From Alloascoidea hylecoeti (Eukaryota), in NCBI GenBank assembly GCA_001600815.1, contig BCKZ01000001.1, positions 2,018,804 to 2,082,803 on the forward strand: DNA of 64,000 nucleotides. Reading direction: 5' to 3'. A model generated the notes under the pieces. It had not been told where the DNA came from, made no database searches, and was given only the letters and a program-made list of their open reading frames with translations. The position numbers and the translations under genes are program-made. This document shows positions 13,539 through 26,600 of this stretch, piece after piece. Numbering within the stretch: position 1 is the stretch's first letter; each line of letters begins with the position of its first letter.

Positions 13539-13928
13539 TTAATTCTTAATCTTAGCAAGAATTTCACTGTCTCTGAATAAGAGGAATTCCTAAAAAATGT
13601 CATGTTTTGTTAGTGATACGATTTTAGACTCACAATGATGGTGGGAATAAGTACTTACTTCATCCGATGAACCAACTTTAATGGGGGATCCTCCAAAATT
13701 TGGAAGGAGAACTAAATCACCTTCTTTAACAGCTGGGGCAATGAGTTTACCATCTTGAGCTGTCAATCCAGGGCCAACAGAAATAACAGTACCCTGGTTT
13801 AATTTTTCGACATTCTTTTCTGGGATATAGATACCTGAAGAAGTCTGAGTAACAGGCTTTAGTCTCTGAACGAGAACTCTGTCGAAGAGAGGAATTATGG
13901 ATTTAGCAGTTTTCAAAAGAGTAGACAT
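13539..13928 (-). CDS. HSP10: Mitochondrial co-chaperonin Hsp10; intron 13590-13658
   Basis: MSTLLKTAKSIIPLFDRVLVQR...SGIYIPEKN...VGPG. Splicing GTAAGT..TAG adds the conserved EFLLFRDSEILAKI*. Confidence 0.95.
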
Positions 13929-14171
13929 TTTGGTTTTGTTATTTTCAAGCTTAAATGATGACAATTGAAGGAAAATTGACTGTATTTATAATTCTTTCTT
14001 TCAAAGGAGAAAAGGAATTTTCTGGAAAGAGCCGGGTAACTGTTCAATTGCTGAGTCAGCGCTGACAGATCTGATGAGGTGTACGGCTGTTTGGAAGTGA
14101 AAAAAAAAAAGAAGAAAACTGAAATTTTTCTTTAAGCAGAAGAAACAAAACCTCCGGATATCTTTTACAAA
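13929..14171. promoter_or_regulatory. Bidirectional HSP10/UTP10 promoter with TATA, HSE, Reb1-type site, PAC-like and RRPE-like motifs
   Basis: TATAAATA on the minus strand at 13983-13990; GAAttTTCtgGAA at 14015-14027; CCGGGTAA at 14032-14039; GATGAG at 14073-14078; TGAAATTTTT at 14120-14129. Confidence 0.7.
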
Positions 14172-17100
14172 ATGTCGTCTTTGGCCTCACAATTAGCCAA
14201 TATCGCCTCCTCCGGTGTCTCTGTTGTTGATAGAAAACAAAGACAAAAGCTGCATTCTGTTTCACTAGTCTATGAGCATAATATAGCCGCTGCTCAAGAT
14301 TATGAGACGATATATTCTGCTAGTTTGGATGCTTTAAGAGACTTAGAGCAAATTGATCCTAGATTCTCCGTCTTTGAGAATAATTTATTTTCAGAAACTT
14401 CTATATCCGTAGATAGATTTGTTCAAGTAAGTGACTTCTTTTTTCTTCTTCCAGAAGTTGACCCCATTTTTTTTCATTTTTCAGAGATACTAATCAAAAT
14501 TTTCAGACCGCAGAACAAAATGAAGGATTAAATAAAGGTATCTCAAGCTTTTTATCATTAATTGCACCTCGATTACACTTAAAACCTGCTTTATATGCTC
14601 TTGAATGGCTAGTTAGACGGTTTCAAATCCATTCTCAAAATTCAGAAGAATTTTTATTAGCAGCTTTACCATATTTTTCAACATCAATTTTTGTTAGATT
14701 TTTAGATATTGTTCCGTATAAAAATTTCCCATCATTATTCGAATTTTTAATTCCATTTAAAAAAATTGCAAAATCTCCTTCAAAAGATGTAATGATCAAG
14801 GTATTTTCAACTGATAATACTTTTTATGAACTAGTATCTTCATTTATCATTAAACAAATTGTTCAGAATCGGGATTATAATCAATTATTAGTATTTTGGT
14901 CTTCTTTAACTGTTTGGTCAATTACTTCAATGAAAAACTATCAAAAATTTGACGATGAAACTATAATTGGTAAAATCCTTCCACATATCTCATCAATAAT
15001 TAATAAAGAGACAAGTACAAATTCTAAAATCTCTGCTTACATGATTCTGGCTGTTCTAAGTTCTCAATCCTTAATATCAAAAGATGTTAATACCGCTGCA
15101 ATTGAAAGTATCGCATCAACTTGGGATACTGAAACTGTCAAAAGTGGTTTAGCTTGTATATCACAATTAATTCAAAACCAACCTGGTAATCCTGATATTT
15201 TTTCAAAGGATATTTGGTTACAATTATCAAAAATTGAATCTATGAGAGAAATTTTATTATCAATGGATAAATCATATAAAATTAGTAAATTTATTACATC
15301 TTTCTCAATTTCTCTAGTGGAATACCAACCAGAAGAATTTCAAAATGTTATTGATTTAATTAATCAAGTTAACCTTCCAATTTCGAGATTATCATCAATT
15401 ATTGATTCGGTTGTTAAAGTTACTCAAAAGCTAAACGATTTAAATATTGAAAATTTACAGTCTCAATTAACGTGTATTTTTAATAAATGGTTATCTGATC
15501 CTAAAACAAGTTTTTTAGTATTAAAATCCTTGAAAATAAATGAAACAAACATTGATGAGTTAGAATTGTTATTGCAAGCATCTCTCAATACAACTATAGA
15601 AGAAGATAAAAATGAAGATGAAGAAATGGTTGATGCTACAAATGACCAAACATCAAGTAAAGCTAAGAAATCCAATAAAGCTGAAGCCGAACAACTTATT
15701 CAACAGTTTCACCCAACGGAACAACCAACATCATATCTTACCCCAGAATCTAATACAGCTTATAATGAATTATTTTTAGTTTTTTCAAAACTTGTTATTT
15801 TAAATGCTCAAGAAGCTCAATTTGATCAATTATTTTCAAAAGTTTCAGAAAATGTTACATTACATTTAACATTTTTGGCAAGAGTTTTCACAACTCCAAA
15901 TGTTGCATCTTTAATTAAATTATCTTCATTATTTTGTTTCAACAATTTTTTAGATAAAATTGAACCAAGATCAATTGGTTTACAAAGTTTTTTAGTTTCA
16001 TTATTATGTTCATTATCTGATTCAAATAGGAAATGCCGTATTTTAGTTGGTGATATTTTAAAAAAATTATCAGAATCTCATTTACCAAAAATTAAAAAAT
16101 CAAGTGAACCCGAATTATTTGGTGGTAAATTTTTATATGGTTCAAATAATAATAAAACAGATATCTGGATTTCAGGTTTTGATACAAAATTATTTATCGA
16201 CAATTATATTTTAACAAATCTCGAAGAAATTATTATAAATCCATCATCATTATTTTCAACGATTCATGATTTATTTGATGAAACAACTTCAAAATCGATT
16301 AAAGCATTTGCATCCTTAATTTTTACATTTTTATCAACTCAAGCTTTAACTATTGAATTACCATCATTAAAAATGTTATCATTAAAATTAATTAATAATT
16401 CTGGTGTTAATACAAAACTTGCAAATTCAAGAACAAAAATGTTTTCATCATTAATTGATAATTATATTATTGAAAGATTAATAAAATGGAAAAAGTTATG
16501 TCAAGATGATTCATGTAAAATTAATTTTGAAGAATTTGAATTTGAAATTATTAATATTATTTCTTTTAATGAAAAGGAACAACCTGGTATTACATTCTTA
16601 GAAAATGCTTTTTCAATTGGTGATGAAAAGTTATGCGATATAATTGCAACAAAAATTTTAGAAATCTGGGATAGCTTAAAACCTCATGTTCAATTAAGTC
16701 TTTTTAGATTTTTAATTGATTCATCATTAAATGAAAAATTCGAATATGATATCAATGGTGAATTACTGTTAAAATTAAATATTTCAATTGAACTATTTAT
16801 CAATATTTTAAATGATTATAAATTGAGTGACAGTACTTCTGATACAGTTGTTGATGGTACTAGTAGTCCACAAACAGGTATCGCAAAAAGAAGAAGAAGA
16901 AGTAGTACATCAGCAAAAAATAAATTTAAAAAAGGTGATTTTATTCCTCAAATTGCAAAAACTCATTTACAAAAAGTTAGTTTAACGTTAGAATTATTAG
17001 AACATATTACTTCTTCAACAAATTCAAATGATTTTTTCAAAAATGTGAAAGATAACTCTAAATTTGTTGAATTATTAGGACAATTATTTACAATTTTAAA

Positions 17101-19918
17101 TGAAATTGCAACATTAGGAAATGAACTAAAAATGCCAATTCTTTATATCCAAGAATTATTAGCCAATATAATGATTTCAGTAATGAAAGAATTAAGAAAT
17201 ATTATTAAATCTGATGATTTAGCAAATAAATTACGGTTAGATTCAAATGCAACAAGAACTGATTTATTAGTTACATGTATTCGAGAATCCGAAAGTCCCC
17301 AATTACAAAATAAATTACTATTATTAATTTCAATTATCGCTGAATTGGCACCGGAAAATGTTTTCCATTCTTTAATGCCTATTTTCACATTTATGGGAAC
17401 AAGATCTATCAAACAAGATGATGCCTATAGTAATTTTGTTGTTGATGAAACAATTTCAAAAGTTGTACCAGCAATAGCCAAATCTGGTAAAGAAAATATG
17501 ACAGAAGAAGCAGAATTTATATTAAAAAGTTTTATGGTTCCTTTTATTCATATTCCAAGTCATAGAAGAGTTAATATTTTCCTTCAATTATCAAATACAT
17601 TGAAAACTTTAGATGGTCAAAGTTCTCTTGGAAAAATATTTTTCCTAATGGGACAAAAATATAGTAAATTACCTATTGAGAAATTAAAAGAAGGTGATGA
17701 AAATACTATTTTAGAATTTTCTGAACTTTTTGGTCGTCATTTCACAGTAGCTGAACAATTTCAATCGTTACTAGAATACATTAAATTATGGAGAATAATT
17801 CCTTTTAAATCGTTCCCAGCTAACGAATCCCTTGTCAAGGATGAAGTTGCAAAATTAATATACAAGAGACATGTTTTTGATAATAGCTTATTAGAATTAT
17901 CTCAGCAACGTTTAATTGAAACCAAAGCTGAATTATTACAGTTTATTAATAATGTTGTGATTGGTGGTGATATTGTGTCTGAGATTAAATCATTAAGATT
18001 AAGAGTTGCAATATTTTTTGCCAATCCCAATACCAAGGCTAACGAAATCGAAGAGATCTTAAGTATATTCTCAGAAATTGTACACATTTTAATTTTATGC
18101 CTTGATGATGTTAAAACCGCTTCATCTGTTGTTTCTGATGTCAAAGAACAACATGTTGTTATAAATGACGCAATATTTAAATTGCTAGGTTCAACCTTAG
18201 ACTTATTGCCAATTGGAAGGTTTGTAAAAGCTCTTTGTGATTTATCTACAGCTGCACATGGTGAAGTAATCAAAAGAAGAGTTATTTCATTAATTAAGAG
18301 TAAATTCGCACTTGAATCACCTGAAAATCAAGAAGCTGTCACAGCAGCAGAGATTGCTGTTCCATTTTTACTTGAGAGCCTTAAATCAACATCTCAAAAC
18401 AAAGATGATATTTCTTTAGCACAAACTTCAATTGATGGGTTACAAGTAGTTGTTTCTAGATTCGGCGCTAAATTAGAACCCAAATTGTTAACAAGTGTTT
18501 TGGATTTATTAGTTGAAGAATATGGTCTTAAAAATTCACAAACTGAAATTATTATTTCATCTATGGCTTGCATTGGGTCAATTTGTTCAATATTAGGTAT
18601 TCGTATGATTGGATACTTTTCAAAGATTGTCCCCACTATTATTGGATTATTTGAAACCACTGTTGAAACAGAAGCGGAACAAAAAGTCGAAGATAACACT
18701 GATGATGGAGAAGAAGATGATTCAGATTCCGATGATGACGATGATGACGAAGAAGATAGTGAAAAGGAGTCTAAAAAATTGATCCAAACAACCATTTTGA
18801 TTCTTATTGCTGGGTTGATCAAAAGAATCCCAAGCTTCATGATTACGTCTTTGAATTCTATCTTATCAATAATATACAGAGCTTCAGTCTCAGATGATCT
18901 CAAGAAACAAGTAATTGATGTTATGGTTCAACGTATTGATCTTAATGAAGTTATTCCTTCATTTACTTCCTCTTGGAAAGATGCTGTCAAGAGTGGTGAT
19001 GCCTCAATAGAGTTATATCTTCATGGTATTAATGTTTCAATAGAAATCTGTGATAGAAAGACAGCTATTAAATTAGCACCAATTTTTGTGAAATTTTTAT
19101 TAGAGACATTTGAGCTCCGTGGTATAAATAACACACAAACAAGACAATTTGATTTTAACGCTTTGAACAGAATTGAAGCAAGCGTTGCTAAAACAGGTAT
19201 TGAGTATATTGGTAAGCTTAATGACGGAAGGTTTAGACCGTTATTCACTACTATGGTTAACTGGGCCGTAGACGGTGATGGAGTGGTTGCATCTATTCCT
19301 GAAGAGTACCGTTTGATTTCTTTTTTCAAATTCTTCGGTAAATTGCAAGAACATCTAAAAGGCCTTGTTACAGATTATTATAAATATATTTTTGAATCGG
19401 CAGCATCGGTCCTAGAGCGTCTTTCCAGTGGTGAATTTAAATCAAATGGACAAGCTAATCTTTTGACACGTGTTGTGCTTAAATCATTGAACTTATCATT
19501 TAGATATGATTCTGATGAGTTCTGGAAGTCTGAATCGAGATACGCTTTAATATCAGAAGCTTTACTAGGACAATTACAATCTATTGAAGCTTCTAATCTA
19601 TCAAAATTGATAATTCGAACAATTGTTACATTTGAAGGTTGCACGTCATCAGAAGAGAATAATGCAAGATTGGCAGACGGTCTTACCAAACATTTGTCAT
19701 CTTCATGCTCCTCAGAAGAAAAGATAATGACTATCAGAATTTTAAGATCGATATATCGTAAAAATGGTGATGCTTGGATGAGTCTCGTGTTGCCAATGAT
19801 CCCAACAATTACAGAACTTCTAGAAGATGATGATGAAGAAGTGATACTAGAAGTGAAGCAACAGTTGATTCCTACCATTGAAGATGTTTCAGGAGAATCA
19901 TTTGAATCACATATGTAA
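14172..19918 (+). CDS. UTP10: U3 snoRNA-associated HEAT-repeat protein Utp10; intron 14427-14506
   Basis: The N-terminus [12 protein letters not shown]...[13 protein letters not shown] joins via GTAAGT..CAG to the long ORF. Contains [20 protein letters not shown] and BP28CT-like [11 protein letters not shown]. Confidence 0.95.
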
Positions 19919-20125
19919 AACGGACGTTAATTAAGCATTTATATATGTATATATAAGGGTATTTTTATAATATATTTATCTTCAAGATTACTATTAAATA
20001 GTGTAAGCAATAAGGTTATAGTAACTGATACATCCGTACAACACACATTAATATTGTAAAGTTTTGTAACAAACACGCTGGAGGAGCATCACCAACAAAA
20101 TTTCATTGTTGTGTTAAAAAGACAA

Positions 20126-21538
20126 ATGTCTCGGAGATCATATACTCCAATAAACATGGCAGCATTATCAAATGAAAACCTACTTCCCATGACGGTTAAC
20201 GACCTGACCCCAGCAGAACAGCATGAACCAGATACGCTGGCTATTCCTACAGAATTACGTGCAAGCAGAAGCTCTCCTTCATTGCGATCCGGAAGCTCGC
20301 GACTATTTGACGAACCGTTTAATCGTCACCATGGACGAACAGGGAAGTTTAGAAGATTCGGACCGTTCAAAAATAGCAGAAGATGGAGAATATCAAGGTA
20401 AGCTCAACAAATCATTCAACTCTCTAATAATATTATGGGGAGAAAGTTCGTTTGATAATATATTAACCCATTATTTTTAGAATACTGAAGCCGCCGACTC
20501 TAGATTTTGAAACAGCTATTTGGGAAATATTCTACTTGGTGGTTTCACCCCGAAGAGTATACCGATCGTTATATTACCATGTAAGTAACGTGGCACATAA
20601 GTACACCATTACGAACTTTCAGCAACTAACCGAATATCCTTTCTAGAAACGTATGTCCGCCTCAATTGATGCATTTTAAACGGACTTACTAACCTTTTTA
20701 CTACAGAGACGAAAAACACCTGGGCAAGAGATGACCCATCCTTCATGATTCTTTTAACTTTTTTCCTTGTTCTATCCGCTGTGGCATGGGGTTTAGCATA
20801 TTCGCCGGGATTTATTTCAATCATCAAACTAATTTTATATATGGTTGTTGTTGATTTTCTAATAGTGGGTGTTGTGATAGCTACAATTGAATGGTTTATA
20901 GCAAACAAATTTTTCAAAACGAAAAACTCAAATGCAGGAAGAATTGGAATGAACAACACAGGTAGCTCTCGTGTAAGTGGCATGAGCGTGGGGAGTTCTG
21001 ATTCTGAATTAGAGTGGGGATACTGTTTCGATGTTCATTGTAACTCTTTCTTAATTATTTGGATATGCTTATATTTTATTCAATTTATCCTATTGCCAAT
21101 CATAACACTCGATAATTGGTATGTTAAGTTTTCTACATCTATATTCATATGGACTTTCACTAACATGTTTATAATTCATCCAACCTAGGTTTTCCAGTTT
21201 TATTGGGAATACCTTATATGCCATCGCCCTTGGATATTACTTCGTAATAACATTTTACGGTTACAATGGTACGCATGCATATTCATATGAATATTATTAT
21301 GTTTCGAAAACCAGAAATTCATGATGCTAACATTTTTTTAAATAGCCATGCCATTCCTTGAACATACTGAGCTTATTCTGTTCCCAATTCCGTTAATAGC
21401 GGTATGTATTCTTTATATTATAACAAGAAAAAATAAAATCAAATCATCGGGATTAATTGTAATTTTTTCTAGGTATTTTATTTCTTAAGCTTATTCGGAT
21501 TCAATATCTCAAAAACAATGGTTGATTATTACTTCTGA
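20126..21538 (+). CDS. GMH1: UNC-50 family Golgi membrane protein Gmh1; exons 20126-20397, 20481-20580, 20647-20650, 20707-21118, 21189-21268, 21346-21401, 21473-21538
   Basis: Spliced product contains TLDFETAIWEIFYLVVSPRRVYRSLYYH-KQ-TKNTWARDDPSF, LEWGYCFDVHCNSF and TFYGYNAMPFLEHTE. Confidence 0.92.
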
Positions 21539-22843
21539 TAAGTTATATCAATATTCTCAACCATAACCAATAATGATGAATCTGTAACTATATGTTGAGT
21601 GCGAAATTGGGAGAATTTTCAAAAAGCATCCAATTAAAAGAAGTATATAATATTAAATACAAGAAATGAACAACAATTGCAATAAGAGCGCGTATATAAT
21701 ATATATGTAAATTTTATTATAGCGTATATGTTTCAATGCTCAATTGGCACTATTAATAAAATATTGGTATTAACATATGACAAATTGAGAAAGATTAATA
21801 CGTTTCTATTGTATTACTTCTTAGTTGTATTATGGTAAAAGTTTTGGTATTTATTTTTTAAATTGAAAATGCTATTTTGTATTAATATTAATATTTATAT
21901 TATTAGCTGGCTAAATTCATCATTCTTTTAGAACTAAAAAAAAAGGGAAAAGTCTTGATCTAGTAAATCACAGAGTCCTGATTGCCACTAATATATTGCA
22001 ATTGGACAAATATTAGTTAACGTTGAAGTCAAAAAAAAAAAAAAGAAAAAAAAAAAAACATAAAGCAAAATTCCATGAAAAAATAAGATTATATATAAGC
22101 TCGTAATAACCATAATAGCAATAATATAATAAGCTTTAAATTTGCTAAATTTCATATAATTCAATGAAAAAAAAAAAAAGAGCACCAAAGGTTAGCTATT
22201 AGCATTAACATTAACGGTGTAACAATTAATCCTATTGGATTCTCAATTATAAATGACAGAACTGAATAGATTCATTAAGAAATATTAAGATTAAAAGAAA
22301 CGAATAAACAAAGACAAAGACAAATTTTTAAGCCTAATATACAACTACATAAAGTACAGAATAGATACAACAACAATAAGTTGAAATTTTTGTGGTGAAG
22401 GGAGTTGAGGTGACGAGGAAAAATAGGTGATATGATTATAAGTTTGATATAATAGATATAAAAGGAAGCTTTTTGAGGGTAAAAAAATATGCTGAACAAA
22501 TCATGGATTCAGAGGACGTATAAACAAGCAAAACATTAAAAGAAAAAGGATAAAATAAAATATATGCTGAAACCTAAACATATAAATAAAATGAAATTAT
22601 AAGAAAGTTTTTTATAAAGGAAATTTAACCAGAAATGAACATTTTGTAATTTCGAATAAAGCTCAGAATATTTTGATTTTTTGCCCAGTAAGGCCAATAA
22701 TTTATGATTATAATTGATATGTTCTGGTAACTGTTCTGTAAGTACCGAATGGCTCAGTTTTATTGAGATATTATGATAAAATAGATCATGATGGGTGGCT
22801 CCTGTTTTTTGAATTTTTCGTTAATCATACATTTCCCTGTGGA

Positions 22844-23659
22844 TTAGCTAAAGGAGCACAATCCAATAAAAGAGGTATTCATGGATTGACAATCCGCAGG
22901 ACATGGGCCTCTAAACACAGCTTTTGGTGTTTCACTTTTACTTCGAGCATTCATTGCCTGTTGAGCACTCCTGCTATTAGGATTTGCATCCACTGGGAAT
23001 TGAACCAAAAAAAAGTCAATCCGTAGAGTTCCGTGGCTCATTAAACTCTGGATTCGATATTGTTTTCCAACCAGATCAGACTTATGATTATAATGTATTG
23101 TGCCGGAGATTTTACCACTAAATTTCGATACAGATGATCCTAGACCTTTGATATGTGTTCCTTTAACATCAACCTAATAAATAACAATTAAATGTCAGTC
23201 ACGAAAAGTTTCATCCAGAAGGAGCAATATCAATTCCAAAAATGGCATATGCAATAAAAATATATTAGGAATATGTTAGTGGGGGTGAATGAAGAGGTTG
23301 CTGATTTTTTAATATTTTTCAATCAAAATTATAATTGATGAAAAGAAGTGATGAAAAATAATGAAAAATAATAAAAACAAGGAAATGCACATGAGAAATA
23401 TAGTGCGACAAAAGTGACATTAAAAAGTAAAAGACGCTTCCGACAGGTCATTACTTCATTAAAACAAGAAATTAAATAAGGACACAGCTTTTTATTTTTA
23501 AGGAATTTTGACATTTCATTTTTATTGATATTGCTCCTCCAATTATTAAAAGATACTTACTCTGAAACTCGTCAGACCAAAAGATGAGCTGTGTATTTCC
23601 ACTGTGCACTCACTTGTGTACATATACGTGTATGAGCCTGAAGCACCTCGAGAACTCAT
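22844..23659 (-). CDS. Unannotated 142-aa orphan protein, 2 exons (23561-23659, 22844-23173); possible Vap-like beta-barrel
   Basis: ATG at 23659, a 33-codon exon, GTAAGT donor at 23560, GACTGAC branch-like motif and TTAG acceptor at 23174. Exon 2 stays open for 109 codons in frame. A TATATATAAA box lies about 170 bp upstream on the same strand. Confidence 0.75.
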
Positions 23660-26600
23660 AGATTAAAACTGGGTGAAGATTCGAAGAAGTATGGTGTACA
23701 ATGTGTTTTGTAAATAAGAAGATCGAGATGTCGGGACTAGAACGAAAAATGATGGTTGATTTTTTGTTGAGTAGAAAAGAGTTATTGGCGTTGAATATTA
23801 GTCGGGTTGAAAGAATAAGAGTGCCCTTTATATATATCGCGATCTTTACCTTTTTGAGAACGTGCTTCAAAATCAATAGCAAACAAACCAAAACCTTTTT
23901 AATTTGTTAGGGAGAAAAGGTCTTTTCTTTTAGCTATAGTGTTTAAATTGCGAAGATGCGAAGAAAATGAATTGAATTGAAAAATAGAGATTCTGCTTCT
24001 TGTTTTTGTTCGTCACTAAAATTATAGTATAGGGTGACTGTGTAATTATAACTTTTATGTGTGAAAAATACAATATAAGAATATAGTTGATGCTTGTAAT
24101 TATAACAATAGCAATATAACAATGATATTTATTATTATTATTATTATTATTATATTGATTTATTTATTTATTTGCTTATTGAAAATTCACAAAAAAATTT
24201 GAAAGCAGAAGTAAAAAGAAGGAAGAGGAGAAGGAAATATATATTTGGCCCGACATAAGAATGGAATATATACTAAAACATCAAATGATTATTATAAATG
24301 ATTGTTAGTTTTTCTATAGCAAAATTTAATTAAACTCAACGGGCATTTATCCATGCTTGTGCCTAAATACACATCTTCCAATAATTAAATAAATAATTTC
24401 TTATTATTATTCTGTGGATTATATTAATATTTGCAAATATTATAATTGGTATATGTTCTTCTTTCAGTCCGAGACAATTCAATTCTAACGTAAGATAAAA
24501 TATGATGATCAAATATTGAAATATATGAATGAATAATTAATAATGTATGTAGAAGTAGAGGGCTTCAATATTCAACCTTGAAACTGGCCACCAGTAATAA
24601 AAGCTTAAGAACAGCGTATAGCCAAAAGAATAATTATAACCTCCAGGCCTAGGCCTAGATAAGGGGCTTCCAATTATAATTCAGGCTGATTTCTTGATCA
24701 ATCATAAAAACTGGAGGTTGACTTTTTCTTCGGTATACAACCTATTGTACCATATATAATTATATAGTGTGTAAATCTTAACGGCTGAAAGGAAGAAACT
24801 CCTTATGAAGCTACGTACACAATTCATCTACCGCCCATTTCTTTTCTTTTGTAGTAGAGCCTGTTTTGGATTATTAACACAAATAACAATTGAAGAGGTT
24901 GAAATTTTTCACTGCTAATGATCAGTTTTATGAAATATATTCCTAATTGAGATTTCTGTTGAATGAACTCCAGCATAAATTATGTGTCAAACAAGCCACA
25001 GATTTCAACGCTACTGCTACGACTAAAGTACTCGACATATATGAGTATACATAGTAACAGCTCGATATCAATGTATACAAATATATCCAAGTAAAAATAC
25101 CCTGAACAAAAAGATTTCCGTGTGATAAAAGATTATATTATCGGGGAAAGTTATATTTAGTGTGAATTGTCAAGATCCTTTCACATCCAGATTTCTGGAC
25201 ATTACACCTAATGTGAAGAAGTAGTTAGCGTTATGTTTTTGGGCGAAAGATTGTCTTTTTATATTGTTTCAGTTTCAGCTTTTTACATTCGATGAACGTT
25301 CCATATGTCTTCTTTATAAGCAAAATTTATACACTCGGAAGCGTTTCTGAGGTGGTGTCGCGACCCGATCCAACGTGTTTCCATATAGGTACACATACAT
25401 ATATATGAAGATGAAGTCAAGTCCTTCACTAGTACTGTCGATCAAATTATAATTGTTTTCTCTAAAGAGATGCAATTAATTCCATTTTCGTAAGGATACG
25501 TTACTTAGCTATATAGCTATGATGACATGTATTTAACAAAGCTTAAGAAGTTGGCTAGATCTTCACACGCTAAACAAACGTGGGTCAAAAACACTGGTAA
25601 CCATTGAGATGGTTAAGCCATAGTTGTTGTGTGGTAAGATAATGTGTACATCGGTCTTCTGTCCTCCTTAAAGACTATTTGATGATCTCTAGCGGACTGC
25701 AGATGAGATATTTGCAATTTACAAATTAATAGAAGTTTCTTCACAGATTCTACCATCCTTTCTTATCTTCATTGTATAACCTTAAGGTTGTCGATGTAAT
25801 TCTCTCGGTTCTGACCCCGAATTCCGTAGCCAATCTGCGAAAAGTTGCAAGGTTTTGTTTGGTAGATATAGGTGAAATCTACTAAAATTTTCATATTCTT
25901 ATTTATAAAAGCGGAGCAAAGAAAAAATCTGATATTCCAATCAACTAGAAAATTCTTTGACCTATATTAATGGATTTCTGTCTGATTTCTCATGACCAGA
26001 GGTTTAGAACCGAAATATTTCAATAATCCTTTAAAAAGAAATGGCTAAAAGCGTTAGCTTTATATAATTATAAGTCTATAGCTGACTACACAAGCTTATA
26101 TACATTTATGTAATACCGATATATAATGCCACAACGCCATATATAATTTATATGTTTTTATCATTATTAAAAGCTGAAGAAAGTTGTGCGCTTCTTTTAT
26201 TGCTACCTGTTAATTCAGTTCCACATTTAATACATTTTCTTATTATTATTGTGCTTTTTTCATTTTGCTGCGTCATATTATCATAATAGTATTAGTCCAA
26301 TTATATCACGTTTATACTAATTTCAGGGTTTAAATTCCTTTTCAGAAATCAGAATTCATTCCTATTTTTGAATAAGTTAGATATTATCATATATATATAA
26401 TAATAATACATCACAGAAGTGTGATTACATTGTGAATTGTATAGATATATTTAAGTACGTATTCACTTTTAGATTTCATGATTTTAATTATACGGTCAAA
26501 ATGGATACACAATTACTACCAATTAGTATGGTAAAATCGTTGTTCCACACGTATGTCTCTTTGTGTCAGCCACCCGTCCATCTTTGACTATTCAATATTG

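Noticed and set aside
15463..19878. Antisense ORFs within UTP10 (and similar ones in SPO14, chitinase and the Zn2Cys6 gene)
   Set aside because: Typical antisense shadows of real coding frames.
23174..23560. TPP riboswitch in the structured intron
   Set aside because: The TPP aptamer core motifs (CUGAGA, ACYUGAU) are not visible, and the host gene is not a thiamine gene.
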